A stretch of 64,000 bases of DNA. It comes from Candidatus Dormiibacterota bacterium (lineage in GTDB: Bacteria > Chloroflexota > Dormibacteria > Aeolococcales > Aeolococcaceae). Under the pieces are notes generated by a model. It was given only the letters and a program-made list of their open reading frames with translations, was not told the DNA's origin and did not search any database. Location of the stretch: positions 96,001 through 160,000 of the forward strand of contig CAVPXI010000023.1 of NCBI GenBank assembly GCA_963709585.1, given 5' to 3'. Below, in pieces: positions 21,161 to 33,129 of this stretch. Position numbers and translations under genes: made by a program. Position 1 is the first letter of the stretch. Each line of letters opens with the position of its first letter.

Positions 21161-21194
21161 ATCTTGGGGCCGGGAGATCACTCCGGCCCAAGAT
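21161..21194. other. Long hairpin between rnc and smc
   Basis: ATCTTGGGGCCGGGAG-atca-CTCCGGCCCAAGAT, 14 bp with two bulged G. Confidence 0.6.
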
Positions 21195-21232
21195 GTTGAC
21201 GTGCTGCGCTCCACACGTGGACAATCGGCCCG

Positions 21233-24200
21233 ATGAGGCTCCGGCGGATCACCCTGTCCGGGTTCAAGACGTTCGCGGCTCGCAGCGAGGTGCTCTTCGA
21301 CCCGGGGATCACCGCGATCGTCGGACCCAACGGGAGCGGCAAGAGCAACCTCGTCGATGCGGTGCGCTGGGCGCTCGGCGAGACCAACGCCCGCGAGCTG
21401 CGCGGACAGCGCATGGACGAGGTCATCTATGCCGGCGGCGGCGGCCGTCAGCGGATGGGCGTGGCCCAGGTCGAGCTGGTCATCGACAACGAGGAGGGCA
21501 CGCTGCCATCCGAGGACCCCGAGGTCTCGCTCAGCCGGCGGGTCGCGCGTGGGGACCGTGATACCGAATTCCGCATCAACGGCGATCACGCTCGCCTCCG
21601 TGACCTCGAGCGTCTGCTCGGCGGCACGGGGCTGACCCAGAACGGCTACGCGGTGGTTGTGCAGAACGATATCGACGGCATCATCGAGGCAACTCCGGCG
21701 CAGCGTAGGACGCTCGTTGAGCAGGCGGCCGGGGTCCGGGCATTGCGCGCGGCCTGCGAAGAGGCCTCGCGCCGGTTGGACGGCGCCGACGTCATTATTC
21801 GACGCCTGACCGACCTCCTCGACGACGCGGCTCCGCGGCTTGAGGAGTTGAGCGAACAGTCGGTCGCCGCAGTCGAGCTGCGCACCATGAGCCTCCGGCT
21901 TACCGAGCTGCGCGGGAGCCTCGCCCACGAGGAGTGGCGCGCCGCGAGAGCGAGCCTCAAGCTCGCCCGCCGGCGCCTGGAACAGGCGCTCGGGCGCTGC
22001 GAGGCCGCCGCCGAAGCGGACGCCGCGTTCACCAACCGGTCGGATGCGGCACGCCGGCGCCTCGAGGCGGCGCGTGCGGCTCGCGACCTGGCGGCGCGCC
22101 GGCTCGAGGACGCCCGCATCCAGGTCGAACGCGGGGAGGGTCTGCAGCGGCGTTACGCAGACCGGCTCCGCTCCGCGGTCGCCCAGCGCGGCGTGGCGGT
22201 CGCCGACCTGGACGCGATCGCGCCCGAGGTCCACGCGGCGACGGCGGCCCTCGCCGGCATCGACGCCGGCGATGAGCACCGCACCTGGGAGCTGCTCGAG
22301 CGCGAGGCGGCCGGCTCCGCGTCATGGCCACAGAGGCTGCCGCCGAGGCGGAGATCGAGGAGGAGCGCTTCGCGGCCGCTGCCGCCGCCCTCGCCGCTGC
22401 GGAGGCCGAGCTGACGGCCGCGGGCGCGGAGGGCCGCGGGGCGATCGTGCGAGCCGAACTGGCGACCGCAGCCGCGAACGCCCTTGTCGTCGAAGCCGAG
22501 ACCGCGGCGACGAACATCGCCGACCTCGGAACGTCGCTCGCCGCCCAACTGGCCGCGGCCAACGAGGCCGCGATGCAGGCTCGCCAGACGGCTGCGAAGG
22601 TTGGCGGCGCGCGCGCCGCCGTCGACGCCGCCTGGGAGGCTGTCAATGCCGCCGACCGGGCGGTCGCCGACGCGGCGGGCGAAGCTCGCCAGGCGCTGGC
22701 GACACTAGCCACGGCTCGGGGCCGCCTCAGTGGCGCCACCGCCGACGGCGGGATCGCGCGCGCCGTCGCCGCCGGATCGCTGAACGCTCGGCGCCTGGTC
22801 GACTGCCTGCGGGTCACCGACGATGCGCTCGCCGGCGCCGTGGCGGCGGCGCTGGAGGAGAACCTCGGGGCATGGGTGGTCGATGACCTCGGCGTTGCCG
22901 CAGCGTTCCTGGATCGCGAAGGACCGCGCGAACGGCTCATCCGCGCCGGCCTCGACGCGATCATCGAGCCGCCGGCGCCCGCGCCGTACACGCTTCTCTC
23001 CGGGGCGGTCAACGTCGCTGCCGGCGCGGCCGGCGCGGTGAGCCACCTGCTCCGCGGCGTGTGGGTCGCTCCTGACATGGAGTCGGCCGACCAGGCCTTC
23101 GCCCGTGGGGCGTCGCTCGCGGTCCTCCGCGACGGCACCGTCGTCTCGCCCTCGGGGCTGCGCGGCGGGCGCGCCGTCGACACCATCGAGCTGGCTCGCG
23201 AGGAACGCGTGGCGGCGGCCAACGCCGAGCGCGCCGAGCGAGTCGAAGCCTCGGCGGTTGCCGCGGCGGCCAACGCCCGCGATCGCCTCAACGACCTGGA
23301 CCAGGCGCTCTCCGTGGCCGTGGACGCCGATCGCGCGGCGCGCGCAGCCGAGGCGGCGGCCGCGGCACTCGCCGTCGGCGCCCGGCAGGCGCTCGACGCG
23401 GCCACTGTCGCGGCGGAGCGCGCCGCGGCACTGCTGGTCACTCGCAGAGCCGAAGCGAGCGCGGCGATCGAGGCGCAATCGGTCGCCGATCATCAGCTGG
23501 CGGCGATCGGCGAGCGCCACACCGCGCTCGAGACGGCGGCCGGCGTCGCGGCGGCGCAGGCTCGCCAGGGTCGCGCCGCGGCCGAGACCGCCAGACTGGC
23601 GGCCGACGAGGCCGAGCTCGTGCTCTCCCGCGCGAAGGCCGAGGGCGCCCACGTCGAGGAGCGGCGCGAGGCCGCCCGCCGGGCTCTCGACGCCGCGCGG
23701 TCGCGCCTGGCCGCGGCCGAGACCAGACGGCTCATCGCCGAGGGGGAGGCGCTCGCCGCGATCGTGCACGGCCTCCGGGGCCGGGCCGAGGCCGCGGCCG
23801 CGGCGCTCGAGCTGTCAGCCGCCCAGCAGGAGCACGACCTCGTCGCCTTGCCCATCGCTGAGCTCGAGCTCGCCGTGCTCGCGCTCGAGACCGAGCACGC
23901 AGAGGTCGCCGTGGCGGTGGCGCGAGCGGGGGACGAGCTCCAGGCCGCCGAGCACGAGGTCACCGCCTGCGAAGCCGCGGTCGCCGAGCATGCGGATACG
24001 GTTCGCGATCTGAGTGACGACAACTCCGGTGAGCTTGATCCTGCCGCGGCGGAACGTGCCGAGCGCGAGATCATCCGCCTCGAGCGTCGCATCGCCGCGC
24101 TCGGTGCCGTCAACGCGCTCGCACCCGAGCAGCACGAGGCGCTCGGCGCGCGGGTGATCACCATCGCCACGCAGCGGGACGACCTGGCCGGAGCTGGCGC

Positions 24201-24783
24201 CAACGTGCGCGCCATGGCTCGCCAGCTCGAGCGCGAGATCGAAAAGCGATTCGACACGGTGTTCGGCGCCGTCTCGTTCCACTTCCAGGAGCTCTACGCG
24301 GAGCTGTTCCCGGGAGGCAGGGCAACGCTGCGCCTCGAGGATCCCGAGCCACCGTCCCTCGACCTCGAGGGTGAGGGGCCGCCCCCGGCGGAGCGTCGCC
24401 CCGGCGTCGAGATCCTCGCCCAACCGCCGGGCAAGCGTCAGACCCCGCTTCGGTCGCTCAGCGGCGGCGAGCGCGCCCTGACCGCGCTCGCCGTGGTGCT
24501 GGCCCTGCAACAGGTGAATCCCAGCCCGTTCTACGTCTTCGACGAGGTCGACGCCGCCCTCGACGACAGCAACGTGCTCCGCTTCACCAGGCTGCTGCGC
24601 CGGCTCGGTGCGAGGCAGCAGTTCCTCGTGGTGACCCACAACCACCTCACCATGGCCGCGGCCGACGCGCTCTGGGGCGTGACCATCGACGCCGATGGCA
24701 CGAGCTCGGTGCTCGGGGTCCGGTTCGACGAGGCGGAGTCCATGGCCACCCCGACGGCCGCGCTGCACCGGGTGGCGGGATGA
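21233..24783 (+). CDS. smc: Chromosome partition protein SMC, split by a -1 indel at ~22311
   Basis: GFKTFA, GPNGSGKSN in the first ORF; LSGGE, FDEVDAALD, VVTH in the second; rnc-smc-ftsY synteny. Confidence 0.92.
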
Positions 24784-24807
24784 TCCCGACGATCGCCGAG
24801 CCCCGCG

Positions 24808-25758
24808 ATGCCTGACGAGGTCGTCGCCCCGGTTCGGCGAAGCGCGTGGTGGCGACGCGTGTCCGGCCGCATGGACCAGGCGTCGAGTGCCTTCAGCGCC
24901 GAGATGCACGGGCTCGCGCTCCCGGGACGAAAGCTCGACGACGCCTTCTACGACGACCTCACCGAGGTGCTCATCGCCGCCGACTGCGGCGTCGAGCTGT
25001 CCGAACGCCTCACGGCCGCGCTCCGCCAGCGGGCACGGCGCGAGAAGCTCGGCGATGCGGCCGAGGCGATCGCGGCGCTCAAGGCGGAGATCCTCTCGGT
25101 CATGGGCGCCTATGACCGCTCGCTCAGGCTCACCGAGGTGCCGAGCGTGATCCTCGTCGTGGGGGTCAACGGGAGCGGCAAGACGACCACGATCGGCAAG
25201 CTCGCGTACCGCCTGCGCGAGGAGGGTCGGACCTCGCTGATCGCCGCAGCCGACACGTACCGGGCTGCCGCGATCGACCAGATGCGCGTCTGGGCGGATC
25301 GCGCCGGCACCGACATAGTCGCCCATCAGCCCGGCGCCGACCCCGGTGCGGTGGTGTACGACGCCATCCAGGCCGCCCAGGCTCGACGCATCGACGTGGT
25401 CCTGGTCGACACCGCGGGGCGCCTGCACACCAAGGTCAACCTCATGGCGGAGCTGGGCAAGATCCGCCGGGTGGTCGAGCGGCTGCTGCCCGAGGCGCCC
25501 CAAGAGGTGCTCCTGGTCGTCGACGCGACCACGGGTATGAACGCGATGCGCCAGGCGCTCGCCTTCCACGAGACGACCAGGCTGACCGGGCTGGTGATCA
25601 CCAAGCTCGACGGCAGCGCGCGCGGCGGGACGCTGCTGGCAGTGGAGGAGCAGCTCAAGGTGCCCGTCAAGCTCGTCGGCCTTGGCGAGGGCCTCGACGA
25701 TCTCAATGTCTTCGACCCCGCCGCCTACCTCGACGCTATCTTCGGCTCTTCCCCTTGA
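24808..25758 (+). CDS. ftsY: SRP receptor FtsY
   Basis: GVNGSGKTTTIGKLA, ADTYRAAA, DTAGRLH, TKLDGSARGG. Confidence 0.96.
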   Translation: MPDEVVAPVRRSAWWRRVSGRMDQASSAFSAEMHGLALPGRKLDDAFYDDLTEVLIAADCGVELSERLTAALRQRARREKLGDAAEAIAALKAEILSVMGAYDRSLRLTEVPSVILVVGVNGSGKTTTIGKLAYRLREEGRTSLIAAADTYRAAAIDQMRVWADRAGTDIVAHQPGADPGAVVYDAIQAAQARRIDVVLVDTAGRLHTKVNLMAELGKIRRVVERLLPEAPQEVLLVVDATTGMNAMRQALAFHETTRLTGLVITKLDGSARGGTLLAVEEQLKVPVKLVGLGEGLDDLNVFDPAAYLDAIFGSSP

Positions 25759-25783
25759 CATGGTGGTGAGTACTCACTACCAT
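25755..25783 (+). promoter_or_regulatory. Sigma70-type promoter with overlapping palindromic operator for tetR
   Basis: TTGACA-17nt-TACCAT; 24-nt near-perfect palindrome ATGGTgGTGAGTACTCACtACCAT. Confidence 0.8.
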
Positions 25784-25791
25784 ACTGATTC

Positions 25792-26364
25792 ATGACCCCG
25801 ACCGCCGCCCCCGAGCGCCTCACCGCCCCCGAACGTCGCGAGCAGATCCTCGAAGCCGCAGTGACCGTTTTTGCGGAGCGCGGGTACGAGGGTGCCTCCA
25901 CCGACGTGATCGCGCGCATGGCCGGCATCTCGCAGCCGTATCTCTTCCGCCTCTTCGGCACCAAGCGCGAGTTGATCATCGCCACCATCAAGCGCTGCTT
26001 CGCCGACACCGAGTTGCTCTTCCTTCTCGCCGCCGACGGGCTCGCGGGTGAGGAGGCGCTCGCTGCGATGGGGGAGGCGTACATCGACGAGATCCGGAGA
26101 AGCCCGCTCAGGTTGCGTGCTCAGCTGCAGTCGTACGCGGCGTGCGACGACGCGGCGATTCGGGCCGTGGTCGCCGCGGGGTTCGGCGAGCTCGTACGCC
26201 TGGCGGGACAGCTGACCGGTCTCGACTCGACGCGGCTGAGCTCGTTCTTCGCCCAGGGGATGCTGCTCAACGTCCTCGCGATGATGGGTCAGATCGACGA
26301 GCCCCAGGCATGGGCGATGCGGCTCATCGAAGGCTGCGCGATGAACGCGAAGTTGGGCATGTAA
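25792..26364 (+). CDS. TetR/AcrR family regulator
   Basis: RREQILEAA..FAERGYEGAST..IA..AGISQPYLFRLFGTK. Confidence 0.92.
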   Translation: MTPTAAPERLTAPERREQILEAAVTVFAERGYEGASTDVIARMAGISQPYLFRLFGTKRELIIATIKRCFADTELLFLLAADGLAGEEALAAMGEAYIDEIRRSPLRLRAQLQSYAACDDAAIRAVVAAGFGELVRLAGQLTGLDSTRLSSFFAQGMLLNVLAMMGQIDEPQAWAMRLIEGCAMNAKLGM

Positions 26365-26393
26365 TGGCCGCATTTTTTTTGCCCCTCGATGTG

Positions 26394-26407
26394 AGTGAGT
26401 AATCACT
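26394..26407. promoter_or_regulatory. Second copy of the putative TetR operator
   Basis: AGTGAGTAATCACT; core differs by one base from GTGAGTACTCAC at 25766. Confidence 0.65.
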
Positions 26408-26453
26408 AGAACACGGTAGCGAACAGAACAACATGTCAAGGAGGAACGGCATC

Positions 26454-27869
26454 ATGGCTCGACGGTCTGCGGTCATCTGGACATTTGCGATCACCTCGAT
26501 TGCGTTGTTCATGGTCACCCTCGACAACCTGGTTGTGACCACCGCGCTGCCGGTGATCCGGCACGATCTCAACGCCAACCTGCAGCAGTTGGAGTGGACG
26601 ATCAACGCGTACACGCTGACCTTTGCGGTCCTTCTGCTCACCGGCGCCGCGCTCGGCGATCGCTTCGGCCGGCGTCGAATCTTCTCAATCGGCCTCGCCA
26701 TCTTCACGGTCGGTTCGGCCGCGTCCGCGCTGGCGACGAGTCCGACCATGCTGATCGTCGCGCGTGCCGTGCAGGGAGCAGGCGCCGCGATGGTGACACC
26801 ATTGACACTAACCATCCTGAGTGCCGCGGTGCCGGCGAATCGTCGCGGGGTCGCGCTCGGCGCCTGGGGAGGCATCGGTGGCCTCGCGGTCGCGGTCGGA
26901 CCGATCGTCGGTGGCGCCATCGTCCAGGGCATCTCCTGGCACTGGATCTTCTGGGTGAACGTCCCGATCGGCTTGCTGCTCGCGCCGCTGGCGCGCATCC
27001 GGTTGAGTGAGACGCGTGGCGCCGACCGCCATCTCGACCTGGGCGGTCTGGTGATTGCCAGCGGTGGCCTGTTCGCGATCGTCTGGGGCCTGGTCCGGGC
27101 CAATCAGCAGGGATGGACGAGCCCGGAGATCCTCGGGACGCTCGCCGTCGGCATCGCCCTGATGGTGGGGTTCGTCATCTATGAGCTCCGCTCGCGCGCG
27201 CCGATGCTGCCCATCCGCTACTTCAACAACCGGACCTTCAGTGGTGCCAACGCCGCCTCGCTGTTCATGTTCTTCGGCATGTTCGGCAGCGTCTTCCTGC
27301 TCGCTCAGTTCTTCCAGACGGTGCAGGGACTCTCGCCGCTGAGTGCGGGATTGCGAATCCTTCCGTGGACGGCGATGCCGATCATCGTGGCGCCGGCCGC
27401 GGGTGCGCTCTCCGACCGCATCAACGGGCGCACGCTGATGGCGATCGGCCTGGCGCTTCAGGCCACCGGGCTCATCTGGATCGGCCACGTCGTGACCCCC
27501 ACGGCGCCGTACTCGGCATTCATCGTGCCCTTCATCCTCAGCGGTATCGGCATGGGCATGTTCTTCGCACCGGTGGCGAACGTTGTGCTCGGTTCGGTGC
27601 GGGCCAGCGAGGAGGGGAAGGCGTCGGGCGCGAACAACGCCATCCGAGAGCTCGGCGGCGTGCTCGGCGTGACCGTGCTCGCATCCATCTTCGCCCACTG
27701 GGGCGGCTACGTCTCCGGGGCGAGCTTCGTGGCGGGACTCACTCCCGCGGTCACCGTCGGCGGGGCGGTGGTTGCGGTGGGAGCGGTCGCGGCAGCGTTG
27801 ATTCCCGCGCGCAAGCGGGTGGCGTCAGCCGAGACCGCACCGCGGATCGAGGAACCCGTCGCCGCGTAA
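26454..27869 (+). CDS. DHA2 (EmrB/QacA) family MFS efflux transporter
   Basis: LDNLVVTTALP, WTINAY, GDRFGRRR, WIFWVNVPIG; many TM segments; SD AGGAGG. Confidence 0.92.
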   Translation: MARRSAVIWTFAITSIALFMVTLDNLVVTTALPVIRHDLNANLQQLEWTINAYTLTFAVLLLTGAALGDRFGRRRIFSIGLAIFTVGSAASALATSPTMLIVARAVQGAGAAMVTPLTLTILSAAVPANRRGVALGAWGGIGGLAVAVGPIVGGAIVQGISWHWIFWVNVPIGLLLAPLARIRLSETRGADRHLDLGGLVIASGGLFAIVWGLVRANQQGWTSPEILGTLAVGIALMVGFVIYELRSRAPMLPIRYFNNRTFSGANAASLFMFFGMFGSVFLLAQFFQTVQGLSPLSAGLRILPWTAMPIIVAPAAGALSDRINGRTLMAIGLALQATGLIWIGHVVTPTAPYSAFIVPFILSGIGMGMFFAPVANVVLGSVRASEEGKASGANNAIRELGGVLGVTVLASIFAHWGGYVSGASFVAGLTPAVTVGGAVVAVGAVAAALIPARKRVASAETAPRIEEPVAA

Positions 27870-27883
27870 GGCGACTCAGCCTG

Positions 27884-27940
27884 GAAGCCGGCGGCCCGAG
27901 CGTCGGTGGTGTTGCGCCACGGAGTTCGGTCGCCGGCTTC
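27884..27940. terminator. Stem-loop after the MFS gene, possible terminator
   Basis: GAAGCCGGCG...CGCCGGCTTC perfect 10-bp base stem with further internal pairing; no U-tract. Confidence 0.45.
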
Positions 27941-27979
27941 GGCATGTCCTGGCGGCCAATTCGGACGGATCGGGTAGCA

Positions 27980-28001
27980 TGTCAAGGTCTTGCCCTTGAC
28001 A
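27980..28001. promoter_or_regulatory. Inverted repeat at the ylxM start (candidate operator)
   Basis: TGTCAAGG-N6-CCTTGACA, immediately downstream of TAGCAT (27975-27980). Confidence 0.6.
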
Positions 28002-28313
28002 GATCGCTCCGTCGCCCCCCAAGCGCTCTCCTCGCGCGTCTTGCAGGAGCGCCTGCTCGACGTCTACGGCGCCATGCTCACCGAGCACCAGCGCGATGCG
28101 TGCCGGCTCCACCTTCACGAGGACTGGTCGTTCACGGAGCTGGCCGAGCACTTCGCCTGCACGCGCAGCGGCGCACACGATCTCGTCCGACGCGCGCTGG
28201 CGCAGCTCGAGCATTTCGAGGAGCGCCTCGGCCACGCAGCGGAGCTCGACCGCCGTGACCGCATCGAGGCCGGCCTCCGCGCCCGCCTCGCCACGACGCC
28301 GGTGAGCGCCTGA
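27990..28313 (+). CDS. ylxM: YlxM/UPF0122 HTH protein
   Basis: LLDVYGAMLTEHQ...EDWSFTELAE..TRSGAHD.VRR..LE.FEERL; directly upstream of ffh. Confidence 0.85.
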   Translation: MPLTDRSVAPQALSSRVLQERLLDVYGAMLTEHQRDACRLHLHEDWSFTELAEHFACTRSGAHDLVRRALAQLEHFEERLGHAAELDRRDRIEAGLRARLATTPVSA

Positions 28314-28315
28314 CC

Positions 28316-29702
<1,387 letters not shown>

Positions 29703-29715
29703 AAGGAGCACGACA

Positions 29716-30318
29716 TTGGTCAAGATCAGGTTGAAGCGAATGGGCACCACCAAACGCCCGGTGTACCGGCTGGTGGTCGCGGATTCGCGCAGCCCGCGCG
29801 ACGGCAGATTCATCGAGTCGATCGGCTTCTACGACCCACTGCCCAATCCGGCGGTGGTGACCATCGACGCCGAGCGCGTGCAGCTCTGGTTGCGCCGCGG
29901 CGCACGTCCAAGCGACAGCGCGCGCCAACTCCTTGTCAAAGAAGGCATTCTCGCCGCGCGTCCCTTCAAGATCACCCCTCGAGTCACACCCCCCGAGCCC
30001 GAAACTCCGGCAAAGGAACCCGCCGCCACCGCCGCCGCGGCTGCACCAGCAGCAGAGGTTGAGACCGCTCCCGTCGCCGCCGACGATGCAGTCGAACCAG
30101 CAGCCGAGACCGAGACAGCAGCTTCCCTTGCCGCCGATGATGCAACGGCGCCTGCAGCCCCGGATGAGCCGGCGATAGATGAGCCGTCCCCACTATCGGG
30201 CGAAGCGGCACCAGACGAGGCGGGTGGCGTCGCGGGGGGGAGCCCCGACGCGCCAAAAGCGCGGCGGGGAGGGGTCCCCGCGACGACAGGACCCGCCGCC
30301 CAATCCGAGGACGCATGA
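29716..30318 (+). CDS. rpsP: 30S ribosomal protein S16 with long acidic Ala/Pro tail
   Basis: [36 protein letters not shown]; SD AAGGAG; TTG start. Confidence 0.96.
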   Translation: MVKIRLKRMGTTKRPVYRLVVADSRSPRDGRFIESIGFYDPLPNPAVVTIDAERVQLWLRRGARPSDSARQLLVKEGILAARPFKITPRVTPPEPETPAKEPAATAAAAAPAAEVETAPVAADDAVEPAAETETAASLAADDATAPAAPDEPAIDEPSPLSGEAAPDEAGGVAGGSPDAPKARRGGVPATTGPAAQSEDA

Positions 30319-30560
30319 CCGACTACGCAGACCTCACAAGATTCATCGCCGAGCGAATCGTCTCCAATCCCGCGGCCGTCACCGTCGACTCACGTCCCCG
30401 AGGCCGGAGCACGATCGTCACGCTGCATGTCGCTGAACAGGACATGGGCAAGCTCATCGGCAAGACCGGACGCAACATCGAGGCCGTGCGCGCGGTGGTG
30501 CGCGCCGCGGGGTTGCGTCATCACCAGCGCGTGCAGGTGGAGTTGAAAGACCTGCGGTGA
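30315..30560 (+). CDS. khpA: KH-domain RNA-binding protein KhpA
   Basis: [17 protein letters not shown]; rpsP-KH-rimM synteny. Confidence 0.9.
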   Translation: MTDYADLTRFIAERIVSNPAAVTVDSRPRGRSTIVTLHVAEQDMGKLIGKTGRNIEAVRAVVRAAGLRHHQRVQVELKDLR

Positions 30561-31081
30561 CCGGCAGCCGTCCTTCCGCCCCAGCCAAGCTGCGCGCCGC
30601 GCAGGTCCTTCGCGCGCACGGCGTGCGCGGGGAGGTACGGGCTGAGCCGATCGGCGGCGACCCGAGCCGTTTCACCCCCGGCACGAAGCTCGAGACCGAG
30701 GACGGCGCGCGATCGCTCACGGTGCGCACGGCGCGACCGGGACCGGGAAACGCGGTGCTCCTCGGCTTCGACGAGATCACCTCCGCAAACGATGCCGCGC
30801 TGCTGCGCGGTGTCTACCTCTGCGTCGATGTCGAGGCGGCGCGCCCGCTCCCCGACGGCGAATGGTTCGTCTGGCAGCTCGTCGGGCTCCGCGTGCTCGA
30901 CACCAGCGGCGCCGACGTCGGCATCGTCGACGATGTCGAAGCGGGTGTGGGCAACGATGTGCTGGTCATCCGCGACGACACCGGCGTGCACCGGTTGCCC
31001 ATGGCGCGTGATTACGTAACCGCCGTCGAGGTCGCGTCGGGCACGATCACGGTCACGCCGTGGACCGAGGAGACGGTGTGA
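30557..31081 (+). CDS. rimM: Ribosome maturation factor RimM
   Basis: HGVRGEV, LPDGEWFVWQLVGL, NDVLVI; synteny. Confidence 0.9.
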   Translation: MTGSRPSAPAKLRAAQVLRAHGVRGEVRAEPIGGDPSRFTPGTKLETEDGARSLTVRTARPGPGNAVLLGFDEITSANDAALLRGVYLCVDVEAARPLPDGEWFVWQLVGLRVLDTSGADVGIVDDVEAGVGNDVLVIRDDTGVHRLPMARDYVTAVEVASGTITVTPWTEETV

Positions 31082-31788
31082 TCCGCTTTCACGTGCTCAC
31101 GATCTTCCCCGAGGTATTCCCGGGTCCTCTTGGTATCGGTGTGGTCGGGCGCGCGCTCGCAGCCGGCGACGTCGACCTGCGAGTGCACGACCTGCGCGAG
31201 CACACCGAGGGCCGGCATCGCCAGGTGGACGACGAGCCGTTCGGTGGCGGTGCGGGCATGGTGTTCAAGCCCGAACCGGTGATTCGCGCGGTGCGCGCGC
31301 TGCGTGACGCCGAGCCCGACGTCCGCTGCATCCTGCTCTCACCCCAGGGGCGGTTATTCGACCAGGGCGTCGCTCGTGAGCTTGCCGCGGAGCGCTCGGT
31401 GCTGCTCGTCTGCGGCCGGTACCAGGGCGTCGATCAGCGTGCGCGCGACGAGATCGGCGAGGAGCTGTCCGTCGGGGACTACGTGCTCAGCGGCGGTGAG
31501 GTCGCTGCAATGGCCGTCATCGAGGCGAGCGCCCGGCTCGTGCCCGGCGTCGTCGGTTCTCCGGAATCACTTGGTGACGAGACATTCTCGGATGGTGCCG
31601 GTGGCGGCTTCGAGGCACCGCTGTACACACGCCCGGCCGACTTCGAAGGACGGTCGGTGCCCGATGTCCTGCGCGAGGGCAATCACGCTGCGATCGCGGC
31701 GTGGCGTCGCGACGAAAGCACGAGACGGACCGGGCTGCAGCGCCCCGATCTGATACGGTCTGGCCCAAGGCCCGGAGGAACAACGTGA
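31078..31788 (+). CDS. trmD: tRNA (guanine37-N1)-methyltransferase
   Basis: [40 protein letters not shown]. Confidence 0.96.
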   Translation: MIRFHVLTIFPEVFPGPLGIGVVGRALAAGDVDLRVHDLREHTEGRHRQVDDEPFGGGAGMVFKPEPVIRAVRALRDAEPDVRCILLSPQGRLFDQGVARELAAERSVLLVCGRYQGVDQRARDEIGEELSVGDYVLSGGEVAAMAVIEASARLVPGVVGSPESLGDETFSDGAGGGFEAPLYTRPADFEGRSVPDVLREGNHAAIAAWRRDESTRRTGLQRPDLIRSGPRPGGTT

Positions 31789-32357
31789 ATGTCATCGATC
31801 TGCTCAAGCGCGAGCAGGAAAAACCGCAAGTCCCCATCCTGCGTTCTGGCGACACCGTTCGCGTGCACGTCAAGGTGGTTGAAGGAACCCGCGAGCGCAT
31901 CCAGGTCTTTGAGGGCGTCGTGATCGCACTCAAGGGCAAGGTCGGGCTCGCGACCAGCTTCACCGTGCGTCGCATCGCTCACGGTGTCGGTGTCGAGCGG
32001 ACATTCCTTGTGCACGCTCCTCGAATCGACCGGATCGAGGTGCTTCGCCACGGCCAGGTGCGCAGAGCAAAGCTCTTCTATCTCCGCGAGAAGGTCGGCC
32101 GTCACGCGCGCATCCGGGAGCGCCGCCAACCGATCGGCGGCTCCGCGATGACGCTGCAACGCGCCGAGCTCGAGGTGCCAACCGACTCCGACGTCGAGCC
32201 GGAAGAGCTGGACGAAGCGCCGGACGACCAGGAGATCGAGGGCTCGGAGCTCACCGAGGTGGCCGCGGAGACAGACGACGCCGCCACCGAGGTGGCCGCG
32301 GAGACCGACGACGCCGAGGTTGCCGCCGCAGCCTCGGAGAGCGACGGCGGAGCGTAG
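31785..32357 (+). CDS. rplS: 50S ribosomal protein L19 with acidic tail
   Basis: [41 protein letters not shown]; SD GGAGG. Confidence 0.96.
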   Translation: MNVIDLLKREQEKPQVPILRSGDTVRVHVKVVEGTRERIQVFEGVVIALKGKVGLATSFTVRRIAHGVGVERTFLVHAPRIDRIEVLRHGQVRRAKLFYLREKVGRHARIRERRQPIGGSAMTLQRAELEVPTDSDVEPEELDEAPDDQEIEGSELTEVAAETDDAATEVAAETDDAEVAAAASESDGGA

Positions 32358-32763
32358 CCGGGGGTCGCGAACCCCCGAACAGCTTCCTCCAGCTCGGCCC
32401 CTCAAGGATCGGGTCGGTCACGCCGGCGAGGTCGCCGCCCTGTCGTACCTCAAGGAGCAGGGCTACCGCATCCTGGCGCGCGACTGGCGCAGCCGGCTCG
32501 GTCAGATCGACATCGTCGCCGAGGACGGCGACACGCTCGTGGTCATCGAGGTGAAGGCGCGCCGCGGCACCGGATTCGGCACCCCCGAGGAGGCGGTCGA
32601 CGAGCGTAAACGGCGGAAGCTGCGCATGCTCCTCGAGCTCTATCGCGCCCAGACGCACCGCCAGAAGCAGCCGTGCCGTATCGACGTGATCGGTCTGATG
32701 ATGGACGGAGCGATGACGGTGACCAACGTCGAGCACATCAAGGACGCGGTCCAGGACGATTGA
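32320..32763 (+). CDS. YraN/UPF0102 family nuclease-like protein (start uncertain)
   Basis: GE..A..YL...GY.IL..WR...[26 protein letters not shown]. Confidence 0.85.
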   Translation: MPPQPRRATAERSRGSRTPEQLPPARPLKDRVGHAGEVAALSYLKEQGYRILARDWRSRLGQIDIVAEDGDTLVVIEVKARRGTGFGTPEEAVDERKRRKLRMLLELYRAQTHRQKQPCRIDVIGLMMDGAMTVTNVEHIKDAVQDD

Positions 32764-32772
32764 GCGGCGCCC

Positions 32773-32802
32773 TTGACACGTGACCATATGGTCACGTATC
32801 CT
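32773..32802 (+). promoter_or_regulatory. Promoter with perfect 20-bp palindromic operator for arsR-SRPBCC
   Basis: TTGACA-18nt-TATCCT enclosing ACGTGACCATATGGTCACGT (32778-32797). Confidence 0.8.
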
Positions 32803-32808
32803 GGCGAG

Positions 32809-33129
32809 GTGACTGACGACGACCTCGTGTTCAAAGCACTCGCCGACCCAACCCGTCGCTTCCTCCTTGACCAACTCTTCCAACGTGACGGCCGCACGCT
32901 GACCGAGCTCGAGTCGGGGCTGGAGATGACGCGGTTCGGCGTGATGAAACACCTCAGGGTCCTCGAAGACGCGGGGCTGGTCGTCGCACGCCGATCGGGA
33001 CGTGAGAAGTTGCACTTCCTCAACCCGATACCGATTCAACTGATCCACGACCGGTGGATCGGCAAGTACCGAGAGCGCTACGCGTCGGCGCTCGCAAATC
33101 TCAAAACCGAACTGGAGGACATGGCATGA
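32809..33129 (+). CDS. ArsR/SmtB family regulator
   Basis: VFKALADPTRR.LLD.L, MTRFGVMKHLRVLEDAGLV, GREKLHFLNP. Confidence 0.92.
   Translation: MTDDDLVFKALADPTRRFLLDQLFQRDGRTLTELESGLEMTRFGVMKHLRVLEDAGLVVARRSGREKLHFLNPIPIQLIHDRWIGKYRERYASALANLKTELEDMA

Noticed and set aside
27884-27940. SRP RNA (ffs) near ffh
   Set aside because: The hairpin lacks the GGAA tetraloop and CAGG/AGCA internal loop on either strand.
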